This document shows positions 11,532 through 19,809 of a stretch of 64,000 nt of DNA, one piece after another (within the stretch, counting starts at the first letter, position 1; each line of letters starts with the position of its first letter). The notes below the pieces were generated by a model. The model searched no databases, had not been told where the DNA came from, and saw nothing but the letters and a program-made list of their open reading frames with translations. The translations under genes and the position numbers were made by a program. The DNA lies in NCBI GenBank assembly GCA_013387215.1, contig WARW01000022.1, forward strand, positions 238,417-302,416, written 5' to 3'. The stretch comes from Patescibacteria group bacterium (GTDB lineage Bacteria > Patescibacteriota > Microgenomatia > UBA12405).

Positions 11532-11596
11532 TTATAGCGGAAAAGTGGCGGGTCCCCCAGAGGGGGGTAATTAATTTATTAAAACAGCACGCAGGT
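11532..11596. repeat. Repeat copy A, left boundary of cassette unit 1. It consists of an outer IR TAGCGGAAAAG, a GC hairpin GGGTCCCCCAGAGGGGGG and an inner IR AAAACAGCACGCAGGT.
   Basis: Seen directly. The outer IR (11535-11545) and inner IR (11581-11596) are exact reverse complements of 11968-11977 and 11945-11960. The GC hairpin followed by TAATT could also terminate the upstream MiaB-like gene. Confidence 0.7.
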
Positions 11597-11603
11597 CTAG
11601 AAG

Positions 11604-11945
11604 TTACAATAGAATGTTACTCCTAAGGTTTATGATCCTTAGTTTCGCGTCAGATGGGTACTCAAGGTTGACACTGTGGTCGCAAAGACTATTCACCGAT
11701 AAGGATACACACTGGTTGACTCTATATTTGTCTTGCATATCGACAATAGGGTCAAGACAGAGACTTTCCGTTCCCACAGACCCGTTGTACACACTCAGTC
11801 CTATTTTCCAACCTCTACTGGACCAATAATTGAATACCCTGCATTCTATTGTTTCCCCCTCGTCATTCTTGTACACCACGGTTGCATCTTTGCCCCCTTC
11901 GATATTAGTGTTCATCAAGTCCATGAGGCTCTCCTTTGCTTGCAA
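11604..11945 (-). CDS. Hypothetical protein, the cargo of IR-bounded unit 1. The region is GC-richer than the flanks.
   Basis: 113-aa ORF with a TTG start overlapping the inner IR; an alternative ATG lies at residue 8. There is no TM helix. Local GC is clearly higher than the genome. Confidence 0.4.
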   Translation of the reverse strand: MQAKESLMDLMNTNIEGGKDATVVYKNDEGETIECRVFNYWSSRGWKIGLSVYNGSVGTESLCLDPIVDMQDKYRVNQCVSLSVNSLCDHSVNLEYPSDAKLRIINLRSNILL

Positions 11946-11977
11946 CCTGCGTGCTGTTTTTTCCGTATTTTCCGCTA
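11945..11977. repeat. Repeat copy A', right boundary of unit 1: the inverted partner of copy A, without the GC hairpin
   Basis: ACCTGCGTGCTGTTTT at 11945-11960 and TTTTCCGCTA at 11968-11977 are the reverse complements of the copy A segments. Confidence 0.7.
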
Positions 11978-12120
11978 TTTAAAAGAACTGTTTGCATATT
12001 CTAGGAATTAAAGGGCAGCTAAAGCCATTATAGAATAATGCAACTATCATTTTATGAATAATTTTTATGATGTATATTACAAACATGTAAGAATACGGTA
12101 AGATAGGGATTTAGTATCAA

Positions 12121-12180
12121 CATAGCGAAAAGAGGGTCCCCAGAAGGGGTGTAATTTAACCTTAAGCACGGCACGCAGAC
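12121..12180. repeat. Repeat copy B, left boundary of unit 2. It consists of an outer IR CATAGCGAAAAG, a GC hairpin GGGTCCCCAGAAGGGG and an inner IR GCACGGCACGCAGAC.
   Basis: It has the same tripartite architecture as copy A and a related sequence. The shared cores are ATAGCG(G)AAAAG, GGGTCCCC-AGA-GGGG-TAATT and GCACGCAG. Confidence 0.7.
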
Positions 12181-12186
12181 AAAAAA

Positions 12187-12669
12187 TCAGTTAAGTCTTT
12201 CAACCAGACAACTTCCTTCCTGAGGATAAGTAAACAAAACAGTCTTATCCTCCATGGATAAGGTGATAACATAGAAATCCACCTTGAAGTCGGATGACGG
12301 GTTGACAACTTTTTTTTGGGTCACAGTTGATTCATCAACAGCATCATAAGAGATAAGCCAGTCGTTTCCAACTGAAGTCTCAGGGAAATTGGCCAGGCCA
12401 ATCATATACTTTCCATTTTTGTCTGATTCGACTTTAGCTTTATAGCCGGGAGGCACTTTGCAAGTACCATTGGTTACAGGGGCTGGCTTAGTGACGATTC
12501 TAGTTGCTTGGATGTAATGCTGCTGAGTTGGAACCGAGGTTGGATTGGATTCATAAACCATGGCTGAAGCGGTGCGGGCTGTTTTAGGGCTTGGGTTCAT
12601 GAGCAGTAAAAATGCTGCAACAACTGCCGTGATAAATACGAAGATGGGAACCAGAAACTTAGCTTTCAT
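12187..12669 (-). CDS. Secreted or membrane-anchored hypothetical protein, the cargo of IR-bounded unit 2
   Basis: 160 aa with an N-terminal signal/TM segment (MKAKFLVPIFVFITAVVAAFLLL). GC is higher than in the flanking genome. Confidence 0.55.
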   Translation of the reverse strand: MKAKFLVPIFVFITAVVAAFLLLMNPSPKTARTASAMVYESNPTSVPTQQHYIQATRIVTKPAPVTNGTCKVPPGYKAKVESDKNGKYMIGLANFPETSVGNDWLISYDAVDESTVTQKKVVNPSSDFKVDFYVITLSMEDKTVLFTYPQEGSCLVERLN

Positions 12670-12712
12670 TAGTCCAGAATCCTTTCTATTTATGGGTTAG
12701 ATTACTTGAATA

Positions 12713-12804
12713 GTCTGCGTGCCGTGCCGGAAGAGAAAACAAAAGATAAGGATTTATCCTCTATTTTCTCTTTCGGAAGGCCGCAAACTGGTCTTTTCGC
12801 TATG
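12713..12804. repeat. Repeat copy B', right boundary of unit 2. It consists of an inner IR GTCTGCGTGCCGTGC, an imperfect hairpin of about 22 bp and an outer IR CTTTTCGCTATG.
   Basis: The inner and outer segments are exact reverse complements of copy B at 12166-12180 and 12121-12132. The internal hairpin is CCGGAAGAGAAAA...TTTTCTCTTTCGG. Confidence 0.7.
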
Positions 12805-12924
12805 TTAAAGAACGGATAATAAGCATGATTTAGGGCATAAAATCCTAAATTGGCTTATATGATATATTGTAACATATATTACAGGATAGTCAATATATAA
12901 ACAGTTGGTTTAAATTCAAAATAA

Positions 12925-12985
12925 TAGCGGAAAGAATGGACTATTTTAGTATATTTGCTGGCGAACGGAAGTCACATTTTTCCGC
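12925..12985. repeat. Solo compact copy of the same repeat family, TAGCGGAAAG...TTTTCCGCC. It may be an empty site or a degenerate element.
   Basis: The outer-IR motif (revcomp match GCGGAAA/TTTCCGC) recurs with only about 40 nt between the arms and no cargo ORF. Confidence 0.5.
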
Positions 12986-13124
12986 CATTTATATTGTTTT
13001 TAGCCTTAAATCCATTTGGTGGCCGCTTGTGACCAGAATGAAGAGGTATCAAACAATTCAGTCTAGAAAGAAAAATATAGGGTTAGATTAAGATTGAGCA
13101 ATAATTCAGTAAGATTAAGTTATC

Positions 13125-14006
13125 TTAGATACTTAAAGAAGATGCAAATGAAAGGCTTGTGTGATCGTTAGGTTTTAGTTGCCTAATAAATATTTTCTCT
13201 GATTTTAAGTTTTTCTTTACTGTTGAATTAGTTACTGTTCCGAATTTTATATGATAATTAATTTTATTGATTTCACAAAATTTGGAAACTATTTCAGCAC
13301 ATTCATTATAAAAATTCTTGTAATCCCTATACTCCGCGACAGCTGAGTTATAATTTAACCTTCCAAAAACAATTTTATCTACAAAGGAAACTTTTTCTAA
13401 TATTTCTAATAAATTTTGTTTAACTAAATTTGGTGTTGGATATGGTTCCATACTTACCCAAGTCTTTAATCCTGACTCATGAAGTCTTTTTAAAGTTTTT
13501 ATTCTTTTTAGAAATGGTGATGCTTTCGGTTCAAATATGGATCTAAATTTTTCATTCAAAGAAACTATTGTGATTCCGTATTCATTTTTATTACTATATT
13601 TTTTTGTATCTATTAAATCTTTTGGATAAACACCTTTTGTTAAAACAGTACATCGGATTTTATCTTTGTTCAGTCTTGCAATTACTTTTAACGTCATTTC
13701 TTCAACCTCTGGCTGTTCATACATAAACGGATCAGTACTAAAACAAAGGTGTACAAATTTAATCTTATCTTTAAGTTTTGGTATTTCTTTATCTAATAAC
13801 TCAATTGCATTTGCAACAATTTTTGGTTTAATCCAATCTTGATAATTTTTAATTACACCACATCTCTTCTTCATCATCATTGCATAGCAAGGATACATAC
13901 ACCCATGAGAACATCCTTCAACATGATTCAAGCAATAATCTGCATATTCGACTCCACTTTTATAAAGTAAAGATTTTCTGTAAATCTTCTGCAATTTCTG
14001 TTTCAC
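13125..14006 (-). CDS. Radical-SAM-fold protein of the SplB/COG1533 type with an atypical three-Cys motif, Cx3Cx3C in place of Cx3Cx2C
   Basis: N-terminal KSLLYKSGVEYADYCLNHVEGCSHGCMYPCYA parallels the COG1533 block ...NPYxGCxHxCxYCYA with one extra residue before the third Cys. The downstream blocks ITIVSLNEKF...EPKASPFLKRIKTLKRLHESGLKTWVSMEPYPTP fit the SPL-family core. The gene is very AT-rich. Confidence 0.65.
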   Translation of the reverse strand: MKQKLQKIYRKSLLYKSGVEYADYCLNHVEGCSHGCMYPCYAMMMKKRCGVIKNYQDWIKPKIVANAIELLDKEIPKLKDKIKFVHLCFSTDPFMYEQPEVEEMTLKVIARLNKDKIRCTVLTKGVYPKDLIDTKKYSNKNEYGITIVSLNEKFRSIFEPKASPFLKRIKTLKRLHESGLKTWVSMEPYPTPNLVKQNLLEILEKVSFVDKIVFGRLNYNSAVAEYRDYKNFYNECAEIVSKFCEINKINYHIKFGTVTNSTVKKNLKSEKIFIRQLKPNDHTSLSFASSLSI

Positions 14007-14085
14007 TAGATTAGTTTAGACAATTTTAATTAAAAGGTCAAAGGTGTAATATATAACTCATTAAATAAGTTATTATTATTACGAC

Positions 14086-15222
14086 ATGACTATAAAGAAA
14101 CCTAAAGATTGGCCTAATGTTTCATATAAAACTTGGAGATATGAAAAACAGACAAAAATGAAACACCAAGTTCTAGATAATTATTTTCCGCAATGGTTAC
14201 AAATTCTTAATAAATATAACAAAAAATTAAATTATATTGATGGTTTTGGAGGATTAGGAGCCTATCACACAAAAAATGATATTGAAAATAATGCCTACAA
14301 CTCAAAATCATTTGGTTCTCCGATTTTAGCAATAAAGACTATTAATAGGCTTATAAGTGAAAATAAAGTTACAAAAGTGAATGTTTTAATTATAGATAAG
14401 GATAAAAATAATATTGCCAACATTCAAAAGATTTTATTCGAGGAAAATATTTCTCCTTTAAATTATGTAAATTTTATTAATGGAGATTTTGATGTAAAAA
14501 TTAATGAGTTTTTAGATAAACTGGACAATATTGCTCCCACCTTCTTTCTTATTGATCCATTTGGTTATTCTCAAATTAAGATTAGTACGATTAAAAGAAT
14601 CATGGAGTTGGAAAAATCGGAGATCTTTTTAAATTTTATGTACAATGCAATACAAAGATGGATTAAAAAACCTGCATTAGAGGCAAGATTTAATGAACTA
14701 TTTGGTTGTGAAGATTGGAAACAATATGCAGATGAACCAACAAAAGCTAAAGAAGAAAAACTTGTAGCTTTGTTTAAAAAGGAATGTGAAACATTCGCTG
14801 AATATGTTACTCCATTTAGGTTGAGAAACCCAAAAAGCGATAGGCCTTATTATTATCTTTTTCATTTATGCAATGATGATACTGGTTGTGTAAAAATGCG
14901 AGCTAGTTTTGCTCGTTTTAACAAAGGGTTTACAGATTATTGCGGATCCGACCAACAAATGTGTTTATTTGATAAAAACTCAACAAAAAAACAAGTCTGT
15001 GTAGAAAAAATTATTAAATATTTTTCCGGACAAAATATAAGTTATAAAGAATTTCGAAAACAAATGTTAAAGCTGTCTGATTATCATACAGAAAGGGATA
15101 TTATTAGGACTTTACAACATTTAGAAAAAAGAAAATCTATTACAATAGCTCCTTCAGATGGAAGAAAAAGAAAAACTGGAATATTAAAAACTGATATTAT
15201 TAAAATTCCACATTTATCTTAA
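14086..15222 (+). CDS. Methyltransferase-fold-like partner protein, resembling the three-Cys-motif partner family TcmP
   Basis: 378 aa. IDGFGGLGAY resembles SAM-binding motif I (FxGxG). FLIDPFGY resembles the D/NPPY/F motif IV of amino-MTases. The C-terminal region is Cys-containing. The gene is divergently paired with the three-Cys rSAM-like gene. Family assignment is from memory of the TcmP description and needs an HMM check. Confidence 0.55.
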   Translation: MTIKKPKDWPNVSYKTWRYEKQTKMKHQVLDNYFPQWLQILNKYNKKLNYIDGFGGLGAYHTKNDIENNAYNSKSFGSPILAIKTINRLISENKVTKVNVLIIDKDKNNIANIQKILFEENISPLNYVNFINGDFDVKINEFLDKLDNIAPTFFLIDPFGYSQIKISTIKRIMELEKSEIFLNFMYNAIQRWIKKPALEARFNELFGCEDWKQYADEPTKAKEEKLVALFKKECETFAEYVTPFRLRNPKSDRPYYYLFHLCNDDTGCVKMRASFARFNKGFTDYCGSDQQMCLFDKNSTKKQVCVEKIIKYFSGQNISYKEFRKQMLKLSDYHTERDIIRTLQHLEKRKSITIAPSDGRKRKTGILKTDIIKIPHLS

Positions 15223-16176
15223 ATATTTTTGGATGTTTTGATTGTGCTCGGCGAGGGTTTTGGCATAATGCATGGTACCGTCGGTGCCAGTGAGATAGAA
15301 AATGTAGTCAGATTTGATTGGATGATAGGCAGCATAGAAGGAGTTATAGCCAGGGTTGCAAATTGGTTTAGGCGGGATACCAGTATTTTTATAGGTGTTG
15401 TAGGGAGAAACTATATCAAGATCGTTTGAAGTTACCTGCTGCCAATAAGTGTTTGGTTTGGTTTTGGAATCACGAGCATATTGAACGGTGGCATCTAGCT
15501 GAAGCGGCATGTTTTTGGAAAGTCGATTTAAAAGAATTCCAGCAATCATTTGTTTAGACTGTAAAGTCTTCCCTTCTCTTTCCAAAAGAGAGGCAAAAAT
15601 AACAATCTGGCGATCATTCAGCTGAGTGTTGGTGGCTTCGCTTTTAGCTTGAGAAATTTTATTGGCAAAATTTTTATTGATGACATCTAAAATTTGACTA
15701 ACATCAAAATATTGAGGCACTAAATAACTGTCAGGATAAAGATAACCTTCAAGAGATTGCGCTTGTTTTGCAAAATCTTTGTAGGTGAAATTGATATCGT
15801 CCGGGAAAAGGTCAGCGAACTCTTCAAGACGGGTGCCGTCTTTGATTTTAAGCCAATAATCGTGACTGCCTCCTTTTATGAGTTTGGCAATGATATCCGG
15901 GGTACTCATAGAAGGAGAGAGGCGATAATTTCCTGACTTTAATTTTTTATTGTCACCTGTATAAAAGGTATAAGCAATAAAAGAATATTTATCACGAATT
16001 AAATTATTTTTTACTAGATTGTCGGTAATGGTTTCAATTTTGTCACCATCTTTTACGACAAATATTTTTGCCTTAGATTCGGTTGATAATGGTTTTAGAT
16101 TTGAGTAAACATACACAAATCCACCAAAAGCTGCCAATACTACTATCAACAAAAATGCTAGTAAAACTTTTTTCAT
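15214..16176 (-). CDS. mltG: Endolytic murein transglycosylase MltG/YceG
   Basis: YceG-like domain. The track ORF (15214..16362) runs upstream through the neighbouring gene. The likely true start is the Met of MKKVLLAFLLIVVLAAFGG, the TM anchor, at 16176. Confidence 0.8.
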   Translation of the reverse strand: MKKVLLAFLLIVVLAAFGGFVYVYSNLKPLSTESKAKIFVVKDGDKIETITDNLVKNNLIRDKYSFIAYTFYTGDNKKLKSGNYRLSPSMSTPDIIAKLIKGGSHDYWLKIKDGTRLEEFADLFPDDINFTYKDFAKQAQSLEGYLYPDSYLVPQYFDVSQILDVINKNFANKISQAKSEATNTQLNDRQIVIFASLLEREGKTLQSKQMIAGILLNRLSKNMPLQLDATVQYARDSKTKPNTYWQQVTSNDLDIVSPYNTYKNTGIPPKPICNPGYNSFYAAYHPIKSDYIFYLTGTDGTMHYAKTLAEHNQNIQKYLR

Positions 16177-16180
16177 CGGT

Positions 16181-16378
16181 TTAAATTTCGTTAAATAAAG
16201 CGCGACGATAAGATTTTTTGGATGGATCGTAAATAAAGATTCGACCACAACGACAAGTGACAGTCGTTTGACCTTTGACTTCTTTGTGGGCACCTCTGGA
16301 TAAAGGAGCATTACAACCAACACAACGACCTTGGGAAAGCAGCCAAGCTTGGATAGGGGCAATTAAGTTTTTGAACAT
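16181..16378 (-). CDS. Small zinc-ribbon protein (4 Cys)
   Basis: 65 aa with CVGC...CRCG, a CxxC-N19-CxC zinc ribbon. It abuts the mltG start. Confidence 0.45.
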   Translation of the reverse strand: MFKNLIAPIQAWLLSQGRCVGCNAPLSRGAHKEVKGQTTVTCRCGRIFIYDPSKKSYRRALFNEI

Positions 16379-16400
16379 GTTTTTTTATTTAATTAATAAT

Positions 16401-16772
16401 TTAACCTATCGCTCTTCTTAAAATTACGGCTGCGGCAACTGAGTCGATCGAAGTTTTATAGTCTTTTTTCTTTTTCTTATTCTTTTTATAAATTTCGTCG
16501 GCCTCTATTGTCGATACAGCTTCCTCGATGGTTTCTACAGATAATTGTAGCATGGTAGAAAGTTTTTCAGCAAACAGTTTTGAGGCTGTTGCCACCTCTC
16601 CTTCCGAGACTCCGACATAGACACCTTTAACGTCATATTCGGCAATAATTCTTTTAAGAACCTCAAAAACCTGCTCATTATTTTTGATGGCGGGAATGGG
16701 TGTAATTATACCGATTATAGACACGGCAAGGCCAATTCTTTTTAAACCGTAATCAATTGCTAAAAAATTCAT
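16401..16772 (-). CDS. ruvX: Holliday-junction-resolvase-like RNase YqgF/RuvX
   Basis: MNFLAIDYGLKRIGLAVS... with RNase H-like fold motifs. Confidence 0.85.
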   Translation of the reverse strand: MNFLAIDYGLKRIGLAVSIIGIITPIPAIKNNEQVFEVLKRIIAEYDVKGVYVGVSEGEVATASKLFAEKLSTMLQLSVETIEEAVSTIEADEIYKKNKKKKKDYKTSIDSVAAAVILRRAIG

Positions 16773-16789
16773 AGTCTATTTTACCAAAA

Positions 16790-17521
16790 CTAATTATCCA
16801 CAATTCTGGCTTTTACCACTAAGCGTCTGAGAATCGTTCCCGGAGGACTGCAAGTAATTATGGTTAAATATTTAGCGTCAAAACGCTGCTCCAAAACCGA
16901 AAGGTCGTTGGCCGAGACTTCAAACATTTCATCAACTTTATATTTGTAATCAACATTGTCGAAATCAACATCAATTTCATCACCAGGTTTCAAGCGATAA
17001 AGGGTGGCAAAAATAGTTAAATATGATTTAGGATTGAAAAATTGAGGCAGGACTGAATGACCAAAAATAACTGGACTGCCAAATTGACCCGGAAGGGCAG
17101 TTTGAGGATATTGAATTAAACTTTTTTTCAAATCCATACTGCCAACTTTAACTACAGCATCCTTAATTTTTAAGGTTGGAATAGAAATTGTATAAGAAGT
17201 GTTTGAACCATCAGTTAAAAACTTAGATCCAGAAGTTTGGGTGCCTGAAGAATTATCCACAAACCAATTGGAAAGCTGAGTATAATCGGTGCTCATGGAA
17301 CCTAGAATACTGCCTGTTCTTTCGTAATATTTTGTAGATAAAGGGTTTATTATCTGTTTAAATTTTAATGAATATTCAATTTGATATTTAACAATAGGAA
17401 AGACAGCTGATAATAAGAAAAATAGACCAAAAGAAAAGAATACCGAAGCTAGGATACGTTTTTTAAACGGATCAAGACGAAATTGTTTAGCTGGAGGTTT
17501 TTTGAAATAAATATAGCTCAC
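16790..17521 (-). CDS. Sortase family transpeptidase
   Basis: N-terminal TM and the catalytic TLxTC motif (YLTIITCSPPGT). It overlaps the upstream gene by 4 nt. Confidence 0.85.
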   Translation of the reverse strand: MSYIYFKKPPAKQFRLDPFKKRILASVFFSFGLFFLLSAVFPIVKYQIEYSLKFKQIINPLSTKYYERTGSILGSMSTDYTQLSNWFVDNSSGTQTSGSKFLTDGSNTSYTISIPTLKIKDAVVKVGSMDLKKSLIQYPQTALPGQFGSPVIFGHSVLPQFFNPKSYLTIFATLYRLKPGDEIDVDFDNVDYKYKVDEMFEVSANDLSVLEQRFDAKYLTIITCSPPGTILRRLVVKARIVDN

Positions 17522-19755
17522 AGAGATTCGGTTTGAACTTTAATGGTAATATTTTGGGAACGGAAAGGCATGAACATGAAACTGAAGTTAGTTTTAATGT
17601 TGAAGTTGTAGGCTCTCAAAACCTCTTTTTTGATTAAAGTGCCAGCAGTAGATTTAGTTTTAGCGACTAAATCTTTTTTAAGTTTGGCAATATCAATTTT
17701 TGGCAAAGCTTTACCGGTGATTGTCATAATTCCTTTGGCAGAGTTGGTGTCGATTTTAGTGAATTTAAAACTAAGATTAAAAGTTGAAGGATCAATTTGA
17801 ATTTGGGCAAAGTCAGGCTCTTTTGACAAGAAACTATTTATAATCTGTTCTTTTATGGCTGGGTCAAGAGTAAAAACGACAACTGAAGCATCAGCAGTAG
17901 CACTGAGCTCATCAGCCTCTTCTCCCACCTCACGGCTGAAATCAACCTTATTTTTCTTGCTTTGAATTGTTTCTTTGATGATTCCTGGAATATTGGATAG
18001 TTCGGTGTTGATTTTGGCATTAATTGATTCTGTGATTGATTGGTCGACTTTTTGACTTAGATCTTTTTGGTCTTGATCACTGACAGCATTAATTTGTTTT
18101 TTGGAACCACCAGTAAAAGTGTCGCTAACTTTAGCAATAAGAGAATTTTCCGAAAAATCTTTGAATTGAAGTTTAGTGTCTTTAGTAGTGTTATATTCAG
18201 GGCCAATATCAGAAGCAACAGCCAAAGCAGTGGTTTGGCCAGGCTTTAAAATTCCAGCATTAATATCAAAAGAGCTGGTGGCCACAGAAACAGAATCGGC
18301 AAGTTCATATTTTTTTCCTGATGGATCGGTTAAAACACTGCCTCTGGGCAAACTTTGGGCTTTGCCAAGAATATTAAAAATCAAGATACTACCTTTGGCC
18401 TTATCACCAACAGTTTTTTGACCAGTAGTTCTTTGGGTGGTGCTGGTGTTAACTGAAAATTCTTTTTTGGCAACAGGAATGACCCCTGTAGAAGTGTTGA
18501 TTGCCTGAGAACCGGTGTCAAGGGTAATTGGAATTTGTTTATCAAAAGAATATGGAGTGACAAAAAGAGTAATGTTGGCGTTTGACAACAATAATGGAAT
18601 CAAAAGCAAAAGCGGAGCTAAAGCAAAAATAAAAAGAAAATAATAATTATTTTTAAATGAAATTTTAGGACGATGGAATTTTCTTGGAAAATCAAAAGGA
18701 ATTTTTAGTTTTGGCGCTTTAAAACTGAATTTAGGAACAGAGGAAACATCGTTAGCAATAGGCTCGCTGACTTCATTTCTCTGGCTAAATAAGGGAAAAT
18801 CTTTAGCATCAATTACAGGCAGTTTTTCAGAATAATCTTTGGGGACAGAAAAGCCAAGATCATCCGGCGGGACTTCGGCTAAATCTAAAGTTTTCTCATC
18901 TTCGAAATCTTCATCACGGGAAAGTGACTCGGGCTGAGAAATAAGTTCTTCTTCAACTTCTTCCGAAACCTCTGGCTCTTCTTCAAGCAAAATCTCTGGT
19001 TCATCGACTGGAATTGAAGCAGTGACTGCCTGAGGATTCATTTGAGAAATTATAATTTTGGAAAAAATATCAACCAGTTCTTCTGGAAGATAATATTTAA
19101 CATCAGGAAAATGCAGGAATGTTTCAATATCTTTTTTCCCTACCCAAGCATAATTTTTTAGACTAATTAAAATGTCATGGTGGACTTGACCAAATACAAT
19201 TATTTGCGGAGGCAATGCCGATTCTGATTTTAGCTCTAACAAAGATGATTCAACATATTGAGGTTTAAATTCACCTTCGAATCGCTTTTTAATCCGTTCT
19301 TTAATATGGCCTAAATATGCCAAAGACAAGGTAAAATCGCTAGGACTTATATGGAGCAAAATAAAACTAGCCGGGAAACCATCATTTTGATTAAATTCCT
19401 CAACAACCGCTTCATCATTGGCAATAAATCCAATCGGTTTAAGATTTAAATTTTTACAAAGATTTTCAATTAGTTTTAATTTATGGGGAACAATTTTTCC
19501 TTCTGAACTAATCCAAAATGGAGGCAGAACAAATGCGGTTTGTACCGGCTCTTGTTCTTCCGGCAAATTGGCGGTGTTACCAGCAATAGATAAGGATTCA
19601 TCAACAGCTATATCGAGAGATTCATTTTCCGTTTCTGACCAATTCTTTTGCGACCCAACTGCAGCTACCCGGAATTGACCACTGATAGACGACAAAAGAG
19701 AGACGCTAGCATACGATTCTTCAATTGATATTAACCAAAAGCTACTTAACTCCAT
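17518..19755 (-). CDS. Large hypothetical membrane protein: a cytoplasmic N-terminal domain, an acidic linker, one TM helix and a large extracytoplasmic C-terminal region
   Basis: 745 aa with TM YYFLFIFALAPLLLLIPLLL and no LPXTG. Its architecture parallels the partial gene at 1..1238. Confidence 0.55.
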   Translation of the reverse strand: MELSSFWLISIEESYASVSLLSSISGQFRVAAVGSQKNWSETENESLDIAVDESLSIAGNTANLPEEQEPVQTAFVLPPFWISSEGKIVPHKLKLIENLCKNLNLKPIGFIANDEAVVEEFNQNDGFPASFILLHISPSDFTLSLAYLGHIKERIKKRFEGEFKPQYVESSLLELKSESALPPQIIVFGQVHHDILISLKNYAWVGKKDIETFLHFPDVKYYLPEELVDIFSKIIISQMNPQAVTASIPVDEPEILLEEEPEVSEEVEEELISQPESLSRDEDFEDEKTLDLAEVPPDDLGFSVPKDYSEKLPVIDAKDFPLFSQRNEVSEPIANDVSSVPKFSFKAPKLKIPFDFPRKFHRPKISFKNNYYFLFIFALAPLLLLIPLLLSNANITLFVTPYSFDKQIPITLDTGSQAINTSTGVIPVAKKEFSVNTSTTQRTTGQKTVGDKAKGSILIFNILGKAQSLPRGSVLTDPSGKKYELADSVSVATSSFDINAGILKPGQTTALAVASDIGPEYNTTKDTKLQFKDFSENSLIAKVSDTFTGGSKKQINAVSDQDQKDLSQKVDQSITESINAKINTELSNIPGIIKETIQSKKNKVDFSREVGEEADELSATADASVVVFTLDPAIKEQIINSFLSKEPDFAQIQIDPSTFNLSFKFTKIDTNSAKGIMTITGKALPKIDIAKLKKDLVAKTKSTAGTLIKKEVLRAYNFNIKTNFSFMFMPFRSQNITIKVQTESL

Positions 19756-19809
19756 GTATTATAAGGATACTATATTTTGAAGCTAAAAAAATTATTTAAT
19801 TAGCATTTG

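Noticed and set aside
11531-12990. Integron gene-cassette array with attC sites
   Set aside because: The inverted repeats flank the ORFs at 400-700 bp spacing rather than forming compact 60-140-bp attC sites. There are no GTTRRRY core sites and no intI tyrosine recombinase in the window.
11531-12990. CRISPR array
   Set aside because: The repeats are inverted, not direct. The spacing is irregular and the intervening segments encode ORFs.
15214-16362. Full 382-aa reading of the MltG ORF
   Set aside because: The upstream 62 codons run through the separately framed zinc-ribbon gene and have no SD. The Met preceding the TM anchor (16176) is the sensible start.
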